Below, one piece after another: positions 10,811 to 21,732 of a stretch of 64,000 nt of DNA. The translations under genes and the position numbers were made by a program. The first letter of the stretch is position 1. The number at the start of each line of letters is the position of its first letter. The DNA is from Candidatus Heimdallarchaeum aukensis (GTDB lineage: Archaea; Asgardarchaeota; Heimdallarchaeia; Heimdallarchaeales; Heimdallarchaeaceae), in NCBI GenBank assembly GCA_021513695.1, contig CP084166.1, positions 2,656,001 to 2,720,000 on the forward strand, read 5' to 3'. Below the pieces are notes generated by a model. That model was not told the DNA's origin. It was given only the letters and a program-made list of their open reading frames with translations, and made no database searches.

Positions 10811-13800
10811 TCATTTTGTACTCCTTTTTTTGGTTTCAATTTTTGTATCAGCTGAAATTTCATCTAAAGTTGTTTGTTTTGTTCGCTTTGAAGTTGTTGT
10901 TTTCTTTGTTGTTGTACTTGGTCTCTTTGTTTTAGTAGTCGTTGTTTTCTTTGTTGTTGTACTTGGTCTCTTTGTTTTAGTAGTCGTTGTTTTCTTTGTT
11001 GTTGTACTTGGTCTCTTTGCTTTGGTAGTCGTTGTTTTTACAAAAGGAATTGTCTGTTTGATCTTCTTTATATCATTATAAGTCATCTCTAGCTTTCCTT
11101 CAAGCTGAGATGTCGGATAAGCAATAAATTCTCCAATTGTATTAATTCCAAGTGAGTTCAACTTATTTCGTATTTGCTGTTTAACATCTAATTTTTCTAT
11201 TGGCTCTTCTATTAACTTTAGTAATTTTTGAACATTTTTGTTTTTGAAAATATCTTTTCTCTTCGTACGATTATCAGCAAATATCAACTCTTCAAACGAA
11301 GATATCCCTATTTCTTTTAATTTTGATATAATCTCACTGCTCATAAATGGTGTACTTTTCACTATTTGCGTTTTACCCTTCTTTGCAATTTTTAGAGATT
11401 GAGGAGTTAAAGTTGCAAAATAGTTTCTTAACTGCCTTTCTGTTATATTAGTAATTTCAGTCAGTTCGTTAATTTTTGTATTAAAAACATCCCAGAGAGA
11501 ATACTTCTGTTTATGGTATAATTTAAAGATACTGTTTGGTTTATCCTGCATTAGTGCATAGAATGAGTAAATTGGGTATGAAAGAAGTTCTTTTAATGTG
11601 GATATCTGTCTGATTGATAACTCTGTTTGTTCTTTAATTCTCTTATCAGAAACTGATAAATGTATAATGTGGGAATACCCACCGTTTTCCAATATGGATT
11701 TTTCAGTATCTGAAAATAGACCTAAATCTTTAATCCTATAGCTATTTAGTTCTAATTGCTCTTTCACTTTAGTCATGTTAAGAGAGTTAAGAAGTTCAGT
11801 AAATTCTGCACGTTGTTTTTCTGTAAATTTAATCTGTAAATCATCTATATTTTGTAGGAAGAAAAGATCATAAACTTGTTCATAACCTCTTTTTGCTAGT
11901 TGAAAAAGTATATTCTTTTGACGTATAAATAATGCTAATGATGCTCTAAAACAAGAAAGAACATCTTTTACTTTCATGGATAAGTCGCTGATATTTTTCT
12001 CTTCAAACAAAGCAATTAGTTCACCTAATGAATTTATATCATTTTCATTTAGCTCGTTAATTATTTCTTTATCGTTTACAAAATCTATAAGTTTAGAATT
12101 GCTTTGAGATGCTAATGAATCTAGATCATGGAACGGAATTTGAGATAAAAGGTTTTTAAGGACAGTTATGTTTGAAGATTTATTTAATAATAGTAAATCA
12201 TAAACTGTTTTTGTATTACTTTTTAGTAGAAGCCTAAATGTTTCCTTACTCTCAAAGACAAGTGGAAGAGAGTAAATTTTTTGTTCAATTCTTAAACGGA
12301 GTTTTTCCGTGATCTTCCATCTCTTTGAAGTTTTTGATTTTGATACAATATTAAACACGTAAGCCTCTTCTATAGAGAAAATGTGACCTTGACTTAAAAC
12401 ATCTAATTCAGTTTTATCCAAAATTGTTTCAGGAATGGGGGTTAACTTAGATGCTAGAGTACGTAATGTTTCTAGTGATAGATTTCGAATCTGACGTATT
12501 AGTCTATTATCGTCGATTATCTGACTTAACTGGTATCTAGGTTTTAAAATTAAATCTCCTATTGTTAAGTTGCCATATTGTTTGAATTTCTCTTTATTTT
12601 CAAAACTTTCATTGACTAGCAAAATAACATGCCTATTTAGAAATTGTAAGTATTCATTAAAGTGTAAAGTTATGGTCTCTGGGAAAGAACTTGTAATTTT
12701 GTCAAATTGCTTTTTATCATATTTCTCCAAGAGAAGTAAGGATTCAAGGGTATATTGGACTTTTAGTTCATCTTTTTCAGGAAGATTCAACTTTTCTTCG
12801 AATTTGGTTGGTTTTGAGAAAATAAATGAGTAAATATCAAGTAGTCTCTTGGATACTTGAGAATTTACTTTTAGAGAATCATGATGTATATTGAAGAAAA
12901 CTAATTGTTGAAAACTTAAGTCTGGGAGTTTTTCGTCAAAATATCGCGAAGAGAGTTTTTGTAAAAGTCCAATTTTTGTTCTTAATGAAGGTGAAAGGTT
13001 AGAAACAACATCAGTGTTTTCAAAGAGATCAAGATAATTCTTAATACCATTTTCTCTCAATTCAGCAATATCAAAATCTTGTAGAACAATGTTTGTTTTT
13101 AGAGCAGGGGGGTTGCTTATTCTAGAAATAGTAATCTTACTAAGAAAAGTGTCAACTTCACTAATGTTTGTGCTTATAATTTTTGCAAGAGCTGGCTTAG
13201 ATAACAAAAGCATTTCTTGTAGAGTACTTACTTTGGATAAAAGTTTTAACCAATTTTCGAGAGGAAGTTGTGGGAAAGAAATCAGATAAATAGATTTGTT
13301 TAATATCTTTTGAACATTATTTCGTAATTTACTTCTCAATTTACAGTGTTTTTTTGATAAATCATAAACCAAATCGTCAATAACTGTATAATATTTCAGT
13401 AATTTTTTCTTTGTTTCACTATCAAACAGCATAATATTGGAAAGTTGAACTCTTTTATCTCTCAATTTTTTAATTGTTTTAACATTCAAAGTTGAGAGAA
13501 CATGATTAACTTTCTCAAGTTGTTTTTCTGATAAGAATGAAGAATATGAAATAGGTTTAATTAGTAAATCCTTTAGTGTTTCGATTTTATGTTCATTCAG
13601 TTTTTCTACTTCTTTTTCAGTGAAATCTGTTATTATAGAGACAGAACTGTTAAGGAGGTTTAGAATCTCTAATCCTGTTTTAGTAAGAAACTCTTTGTTC
13701 ATGTATAAAACAGAAATAAAATCAATGATATTTGAGATCTCTGGAATTTCAATGTTTTTGCTGAATAAGTTTTTTGAATTAATAGTACCAAGAAAATCTT

Positions 13801-16800
13801 TTGTCTTTAACGTAAGAGATAATGTTTTCTTTTTATCTTTAATCAGATTACTAATTATGGTGTTATAATCACCAAAGCTGACTAGTTGATCGTTTTTAAC
13901 AAGATCTCTGATGGTGAAAAGATTGTTGTCAAAGTATTTTGTTTCAATCTCTTCAAATTTTAAGGAGTTAATAGAGCTTAAGAATAGGATTGATGTATCT
14001 AAAATTTGTTTTATTTTTGTTCTTATTTTTTCTATCTTTTTAATATCATAAAGCCAGTTGTATATTGAATTCTCTTCTAAATCTGAAAAACTATAGAATC
14101 CATAAGATAACAAAGTAGATTTTTCTTTTTCACTAAGAAATGGTAAATCTACAAAATGATTTGGCTTATCTTTTTCAATTGTTTTCTTGATTTTATCAAT
14201 CTTTATTGATGAGCGTAGTTTCAATATTTGATCAAGTTTAATCCTTGATTCTTTTGCGACTGTTTTATACGGAATAAGCAGTAGATCTGCGATAGTGTAT
14301 GTTCCACCTTTTTTAAGGTTAGTTTCTATTTTCTCTTCTAGTCCTAAATATCGAATATTGGCTAGTAAATATGGGCTAATTTCTGCAAATATGCTCTTAT
14401 CTTTTAGATTAACATCTCCAAGTAATTCTTGATAAGATAAGTACCCAAGTTTCATTGCTTTTTCTTCATATGAACCTAAAGGAGGAATAAAACTTTCAAG
14501 ATGTAGATTTTTTAACATTGATAGACTTGATAAAATTTCATCAACCATTGCATCATCTAGATTTTGGATAGAGGAAATAACATCTATAATGTAAACTAAC
14601 TTCTTGTTATAACAAGATTTTATTGTATCTAATGTCAATATAGGTAGATTGTTTATGTTTCTACTTAATTTCATTCTAATATCTTTAATTTCTTCAATGT
14701 ATGAATCTGGTAGGCTTAAGAAAAACTCTTCAGGGAAGTAATATAGATATTCAATTGAGAAAACTCCCAAACTGTATAGCTTTTGAACTAATGACTTATT
14801 TAACTTTAAGTTTGCAATATCAAGAGTAGAGAATTGAAGGGAAGATAGATTCCTAATGAAAAGAGAATTGTTCTCTTTTATGGCTTTATCCAATTTTGGG
14901 AGAAGGGTTTCCCACAGGTGAATAGGAATATGAAGGTAGTCATAATATGTTTTTTTATTTTTTAAAGATTCATTAATATTTTTTGTTGAAATCCCGAGTA
15001 TACGCTCAATTGTCTTTATTGGTGTAAAGAGAATAGGTATATTCACTATCAACTTTTCTTTTTCATCTTTGTTTATTTCTAATTGATCTACATCATGATA
15101 AAATAGTTGAATTAAAGAGTAAATCTCATTTTCATTAAGATATTCGATTGTAGAAACCTCGGGTTTTTTGATTGTTTTTGGACTAGTACCTTCTTTAGCT
15201 TCACGTTTTTTAATAAGTGGAAGTTTACCCTCTTTTGTTAGTTCTTTTTCAGTTAAGGATGGTAAAAGGTTTAAGTCGATTCCATAGAGTTTAAGTTCAG
15301 AAACAATATTTCTTTTACTAATCTGTAATTTAATAGTGTTTATCTCTTTATACTCTATTTCAAATAATTTACCCAAAGAAACTGATGGAATAGATAAAAA
15401 TTCAAGTATAGTGTTAATCTTATTTTCAAAGAGAATAGAGTTTTGTTGCAATGAAAGTGAACTTAAGAAGGAAATTGGAGTTGTTCCAAACAATGAGAGA
15501 GTCTTTTTTATTGATGATAAATTCTTATCTTCTGAACTGTAATCCTGTAAACAAAGAAGTTGATCTAAATACTCAATATTAATCTTTTTTAGATATAGCT
15601 TCTGTTGTTTGGACAAAAATTTTACATCACGTAACTTAATTGCCCATTTAGGTATTTGAAAATCAGATAAAGAACTTACTACATATTCTGCTAGTTCTAT
15701 GTCAATATTGTCTGGAGGAAGAAGTAATAAATCAAGAATAAGTTTTTTATCTTCCTTCATCAAATTTCTCAAAAACTCAAGCTGATCTATTTGAGAAAAT
15801 TTATCTAACCAAATAATTGGATATTTTACCATACTTGTAAGAGAATTAGAATTACTAAAGAGAATTTGAGAACTTATGACAAATGGTTGAGGAAGCAGAT
15901 CTAGTAGATTAATAACATCGGGAGAGGTCTTAATGTCTAGTTTATCACTTTTATTTGATAGAATGTCCAGATGATCTTTGGGAATTAAGTTAACTAATTT
16001 TTCTTTAGAAAATTCTTTTACAAAACGGATAATCTCACTTCTAGCATTTGATGGAATAGTTCTCTTTTCTTCAGAGCTAAGAGTAAGAAGTTCAATAATA
16101 TTTTTAACTCCATTTTTCCATAAATCAAGTTTGACGTCTAAACTCATGTCTGAGATAGAAAAAATATTTAGACATAAACCATAGATTAGTTCTTCAAGTT
16201 TAGCAATACTACTCGCTTTTTCTATTTTTTCACTTTCTGAGAATATAAGCAAGTATTCTGGTACCAACCCAAAGATATCTTCAAATGATGCTTTTGAAAG
16301 GTTGAATTTAAAGTCTGTGAGTGTACTTATTAATTCTTTATCTTCTTCAAGAATAGGTATGCCTGAACTAAGGCTTATGTTTCCCTTTCTTTTATCTTTT
16401 AACTCTTCAGGAATGGAATTGAATATCTTCTTAAGATCTTTTTCTCTAACTATAAAGAGGTCAATAACTCGTAGAATGCGGTTTTTTGCAAGACTACGTT
16501 TAATAAAGCGTGAAAGGTTTGAAATTCTGAAGACTGAAGAGTTACAAAGAGAGAGAAAATTATCAATATTTTCCTTAAATTCTTCAGAAAATGATTTTAT
16601 TTGATAACAAAGACCATAAAGATCTTGAACTGTGTCCTTATTCAGTTTTTGTAAGCTAAGAAGATTTCTCTTTGACAATAACGCAAGAGATTCAAGTTTT
16701 ATTCCTTTTTCTTCAACTTCATTTAGTATTTTTTTAACTGAAATATTTTCTTTTATTTTGATAATTTCAGTTTCAGGTATGTCTAAAATTAATGATATCG

Positions 16801-19800
16801 TAGTGATGTCTTCTGTTAAGAAGGTGAGTATATCCCCGACGCCAGAATAAACAAGTTTTAACATTTGTTCTAACTCTAAATCCAAGAAGAATACAGATGA
16901 GAGATACAACTTTGCTTCTTTAAATACATTCATGTTCACTAGATATGGGTATGATTTTCTGATTTCAGACATTCTAGAAATGAAGTCTTGAATTGAATAA
17001 ATCCCTAATTCATGTAATTTTTCTACATATTCACTTGTTATTGATGGACAATTTTCTAGAGGAATTGCAAAACGAAGTCTTTTCTCTTTTAATTCATCTA
17101 AAGATAACAAGTCAAATATATGAAATTCATCATAAATAGGATTGTTTAGAATTTGTGATAATTGTCCTTTTTCAAAAAGAGACAAATCGATTACTGAGTG
17201 AATATCCTGTAATTCTAGTTTCTTTATTTCTTCAAAAGACAAGAAACTAAGAAAAGTTATTGAACCTGATAATATTTCTTTAAATTCTCTATATTTCTCT
17301 TGCTTTAAGATACTGGATGCACCCATTCTTACTCCAGCATAGTACAAAGTTTCTATGTCTGATATTCCTATATCTCGTAATTTAGAAATTTCAGTTTCCG
17401 TGATGAGAGAAGAAGGCATAATAGGGTGAGATCTTGCTTTGTGTAATTCAACAATTTCACTATAAGATAGATTTTCCTTTATTTCATTAATCCTTTTTTG
17501 TGTTTCATTAGATATTTCAGAAAGTTTTTTGGTTGGTGTTGAATAAAAGTCTATTAATGTTGTAATTGAAGATCTGCTAAGAGGAAGAGCAAGATTAACG
17601 TCCAAGTTTAGTGAAGAAATAGGAATAGACAAATCACCTATAAGTTTATCTAAACTATTTTCTTCACCTAGTTTGTTTTTAATTTCCAAGAGAGGAGAGT
17701 TCTCCTCGAATTCAAGTTCAAATAAGCTCCCTAAAGTAATTATAAAGTATTTATTCCTCATATCTTCACTTAAAAGATTGAGAAAAGGTGTAATTCCAAG
17801 TGGTAATTCAAAAACTGAACGAATAAGTGTAATGTTACATTTTTCAAAAGCTAATTGTCTTTCAAATTCGCTGAGGGTTTTTATCAAATCTGTGCTGGAA
17901 ATAACATCAAGTAATGTTAACTCTTCAATATCTTCCAGAATAGTAGAAAAGAAGTCTTTATTGTAAGCAGTTGCAGAAAGAAAATCAAAGTAGTGATAAG
18001 CTCTCAAGTCAATTAATTTAGAAGAATAGTCTGAAACAGTTCTAAATAGCGTTCTATCCGTTAAATCGCTATCTAATATGAATATTAAATGGTAAAGGTG
18101 GGTTATTTGGTTTTGATTAAAAATAGTCAAAGAATAATCTGAAATCTCCTGAAAAATCCGTAAAGGAAGTGATAATATTTTCTTTAATGTGAAAACTTTT
18201 CTCCAGATTGATGAGTTTCTGTCGATGAAAACTTCATCGGGACAGTAGAAAAGTTCTTGAATTGATTGAAATCCTTCATAACTGTAAATTGTTTCTCTAC
18301 TTAGCGTTCTTTGTTCATTTTTGTCAAAAAGTCTAGTTTCATATGCATAGATTGCTCGCGCCTCATATTCTTCTCTTATTCTCTGTGATGTTAAAATGTC
18401 AATTATTTCCTTTGTTTCTTTTGTTGTAATGTTTAGGATATTACTGAGTTTAACAGATGAAGTAGAAACGAAATCAACTATAGTTAATATACCCGCTTTT
18501 CTCAATTCTTCAGTTTGTGAAAAAGAGATATTTGGTAAGAAATAAACAGGGAGACTGAAAAAGTAAAAAATTTCACCAAGATCTAGACTTCTCTTAATAT
18601 TATCAAAACGTTCGTCGGGAATCCCTGTTCTTTCCATTAGAACTTTAGATGACGTAAGTAGAAAACCTAACAATGTATTTATTTTGTTTTTCTTTAAGAG
18701 CTTAATTATATCTGGATCTAACATGTCTGACAAGTGCTTAAATCGTAAATTTAGCACATTTTTTAAATTCTGAACTATCTCCCATGGAATTGTTCTTATT
18801 GCCCATTTTTCTTGCTGAGTAGAAAAGTATAGGTCCTCAATGGTAAAGATGTTGTTAGTTTCTAAAATTTCTACTATCGATGGTCTAAAGATATCAAGTT
18901 CAGAAATATCTGTTCCAGTTTCACTAATCCTGATATTTTTCTTGTATTTTTTAGCTTCTTCTAAATCAATTTTTAAAATAGAAGCGATTGTTTCATCACT
19001 AACAAGGAAAAAGTCAATGATTCTTCTGATTCCAGTTTTTCTTAGAGCATTCAGCTGTTCATGGGATAAGCTTGTTATTTCAATTTCTTCAATTTCTTCC
19101 TCTTGTTTTGTTTCTTCATTTAATATCTTCTTCTTTGTGGTTTTTTCCCAAGTAACTAGCGTCAGGGGAGAACGCAATAGTTTCTTGAATTTTTCAATTA
19201 CACCCCATTTTATTATGGGAGCACCAAAAGTGTAAGGGTGTGTTAAATAAAATAGCTGGTCTATAGAATTGTAACCAATAACAAGTAAAGAACGGATTTC
19301 TTCAGGTGAAAAACGTTCTGAATTTTCAAAATCAAAGGAGATTATTGATTCATACTTACCACTAGATACTTTCTCGTAGAATGGTTGTCCATCTCTATTT
19401 ACATCAAAATTGTTTATTAACTCATCAAAATTCTTCTTTGAAAAATTAAGTATCGTGCTTAATTCATCAAAACTGTAATTTAAAAATTGGTGCAGAGAGT
19501 AAATCTTTTTTGAAGCTAATACTTCATAATCTTTAAGTTTCAAGCTTTTTATACGAGTGATTGGTAATTGCAAAAACTGATAGAAATCAATTATTTCGTG
19601 AGATAACAAAACTTTTTCTGCAAACTCATCAGTATCTTTAAGATTTTTACTATTTATATTGTCGTAGAGTTCAAGTAAAATTTTTTTGTCTTTATTTTTT
19701 GAAATTTCTGTCTCAATAAATACAGGTGTAAGTTGAAGGAAATCTCTTATTGTATTTACATCCTTGGTTTTGAGCTTAAGAAGAGCATCATTCAATGACT

Positions 19801-21732
19801 TTGCTTTAGATTTTGTTGGGGCTAACTTTGCTAAAAATATTAGATCTTCATTCATGAATTCTCTAAAGTTATTCATCTTAGTTAAAAGATCTGAAATCGA
19901 CGGAAGTTCTTCTTCAATATAAAAGTAAAACAACTCTTGTATTGTTGTTTGTTGTTCATTGAATTGCTTAACCAATCTTGGAAAGTGTTTTTTTATTATT
20001 TTTAAATTTCCTTTGTATCTTTCTTTATTTTTTGTAATCTTGTTAGCAGATATACTTTGTTTTAGACGTATAATTTCTTGTTCGTTAAGGTTTAATACCA
20101 AAGAGAGTTCTTTATTACTCCATATTAGAAACCTGCCTATACAGTTTACTCCAATTTCATTCAAAACGTTAATTTTCTCGTTTAGTTCAGGAAAAGCAAA
20201 AATCAAGGGAGTTCGTAATAGTAAGTAATCTGAAACATATTGTTTCTTTGTTTGTTCATCTTTAAATTCAAAATTCTCTGGTTGAGAATATAGAATGTCC
20301 TCTACTGTATAAATTTCATATTTACTTGCTTTGTTCTTCAAAGATAGAAAGTTAGGAATGGGCGTACCTATCTTTTTCTTTATTCTTGCAATCTCGCTTT
20401 TTAATAAACCCATTTCGCGTAATTTTTTCGATGGTGTAATCAAGAATGATGTGGAAGTAAATATCTTGTTTTCTAGCAATTTTTCTTCAGCTTTTTCACT
20501 AATCACTTTTAAGTGTGATAGGTCAAGGTCTTTATTTACTTCATTAAGATGAGAAAGAATGCGAAACTTTGATTCTTCTAATAGACTATCAACAAAAACA
20601 CTTAGTTCTTTTTTCATTAACGTTCTTAATTTAGCGTTTGCATATTGTGCTAAGGTTTCTATATTCGCTGATTTAAGACTGTCTAGTATGTTTTTTCTTA
20701 TATTGTCATCTATGGTTGATATTAGTCCTAGTTTGTTAAGAGGGATAGATCTCTCGCTGTTAGCTAGAATAGTGAAAAATCTAGTATAAATAGAACGCTC
20801 TAATTCTTTGATTTCTAAAAGGTCTTTAGTTGGCGTTTTAAGAAAATTATCTATTGTCTCTATCTTTCTTCTATGAAAAGCATTTTTAGAATATCCATCT
20901 ATCCAATCAGGTTTCATTTTTGTAATGTTGACCTTTAGAAAATCAGGAAACTTTTCTGAAACATGTGAAAATACCTTTTTAACGTAATCAATCAACATTT
21001 CTGTTAAATCATTATCATATTTAAACGAAAAAGGCTCATTGAACTTATAAATAAAATCCTCTAACCCCTTAAACTTATTTGAAAAGTTGGGATAACTTGT
21101 TTTTATATAATTGAAATCTGGATACAGAAATTCTTCTTTTAACTCTGAATAATCAGACATAGTTTCTAAATTAAATTTAAATTCTTCGATAAAGATCGAC
21201 AACTCTACTGTTTCTTGGCCATCTTGAGATTTTGTAACTTCGTTAATTAGCTTAAATTTGTTATCTTCTATTAGACGTTCTACTAAACCTTCAACTAAAC
21301 GCAATTGTGTAGCTTCTGTAGCTAAATAATGATAGCTATTTTGAATCCATCTTTGATATAATGCTTCATTGAAACTACTACTAGTTCCTTGACGTGCAAA
21401 CCTCTTATCTATCATTTTATTTGTTAATGCTTTTAGTGGGAGTTCAGGGCTCAACTTAGACCTGTCTAGTTCATAAATTGTTCTTTGTTTTATTCTTGAA
21501 ACTTCTTTTTTTGAAAGATTCAAAATAGGAGCTAGTTCTGAAACAGGTATGGAAAGAAACTTTCCAATTGTTAAAATATCACTTTTAGCACAACTTTTCT
21601 TGTATTTATCAGGGCACCACACATTAAGTTCAAAAATGGGTGTCCCTAAAGGAACAAAATTTCTAATTTTCTTTTTTGCTCCGTGAGCTAGAGCTGCTGC
21701 AACTTTATATTTTTCTTTATTTATGTTTGTAT
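10811..21732 (-). other. C-terminal extension of the giant protein. A tandem array of degenerate helix-hairpin-helix (HhH)-like DNA-binding motifs (I can see more than 20 by eye). It resembles RNAP alpha-CTD / Topo V style (HhH)2 units.
   Basis: The pattern L..[LIV]G[IVLF].[ST][IV].[DE][LF]......EL..I.GI....A..I recurs. Examples: LRKAGILTIVDFVSTSSVKLSNILNITTKETKEIIDIL; KLHELGIYSIQDFISRMSEIRK; LRDIGISDIETLYYAGVRMGASSIL; LYSLGVFSIEYLYYFPEEFF; LRENGIKNYLDLFENTDVVSNLSPSLRTKIG; LKEIGISSFEELIFAD; LNSLGINTIGEFIAYPTSQLEG. There are no long exact DNA repeats, so the array is ancient and diverged. Confidence 0.55.

Noticed and set aside
10896-11030. 45-nt tandem repeat as a CRISPR array or minisatellite outside genes
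   Set aside because: There are only 3 contiguous units with no spacers, and they lie in-frame inside a CDS. I found no CRISPR-like repeat-spacer structure anywhere in the window.
10830-11081. 83-aa plus-strand poly-Val/Phe ORF
   Set aside because: It is the antisense reading of the 45-nt tandem repeat inside the giant top6B gene. It exists only because the repeat lacks stops on the opposite strand.
12570-20789. A dozen 60-130-aa plus-strand ORFs inside 10811-23365
   Set aside because: All are antisense to the uninterrupted 12.5 kb coding frame. They are short and compositionally biased (Ser/Phe/Leu/Ile), so they are shadow ORFs.
10811-21732. Extension as TPR/HEAT-type protein-interaction repeats, or as a polyprotein or intein-containing protein
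   Set aside because: The recurring G[IV].[ST]h.[DE]L hairpin signature and the roughly 30-35-aa helix-hairpin-helix pairs fit HhH better than the 34-aa TPR consensus. There are no intein splice-junction blocks (no C/S...HN C/S/T) and no protease domain.
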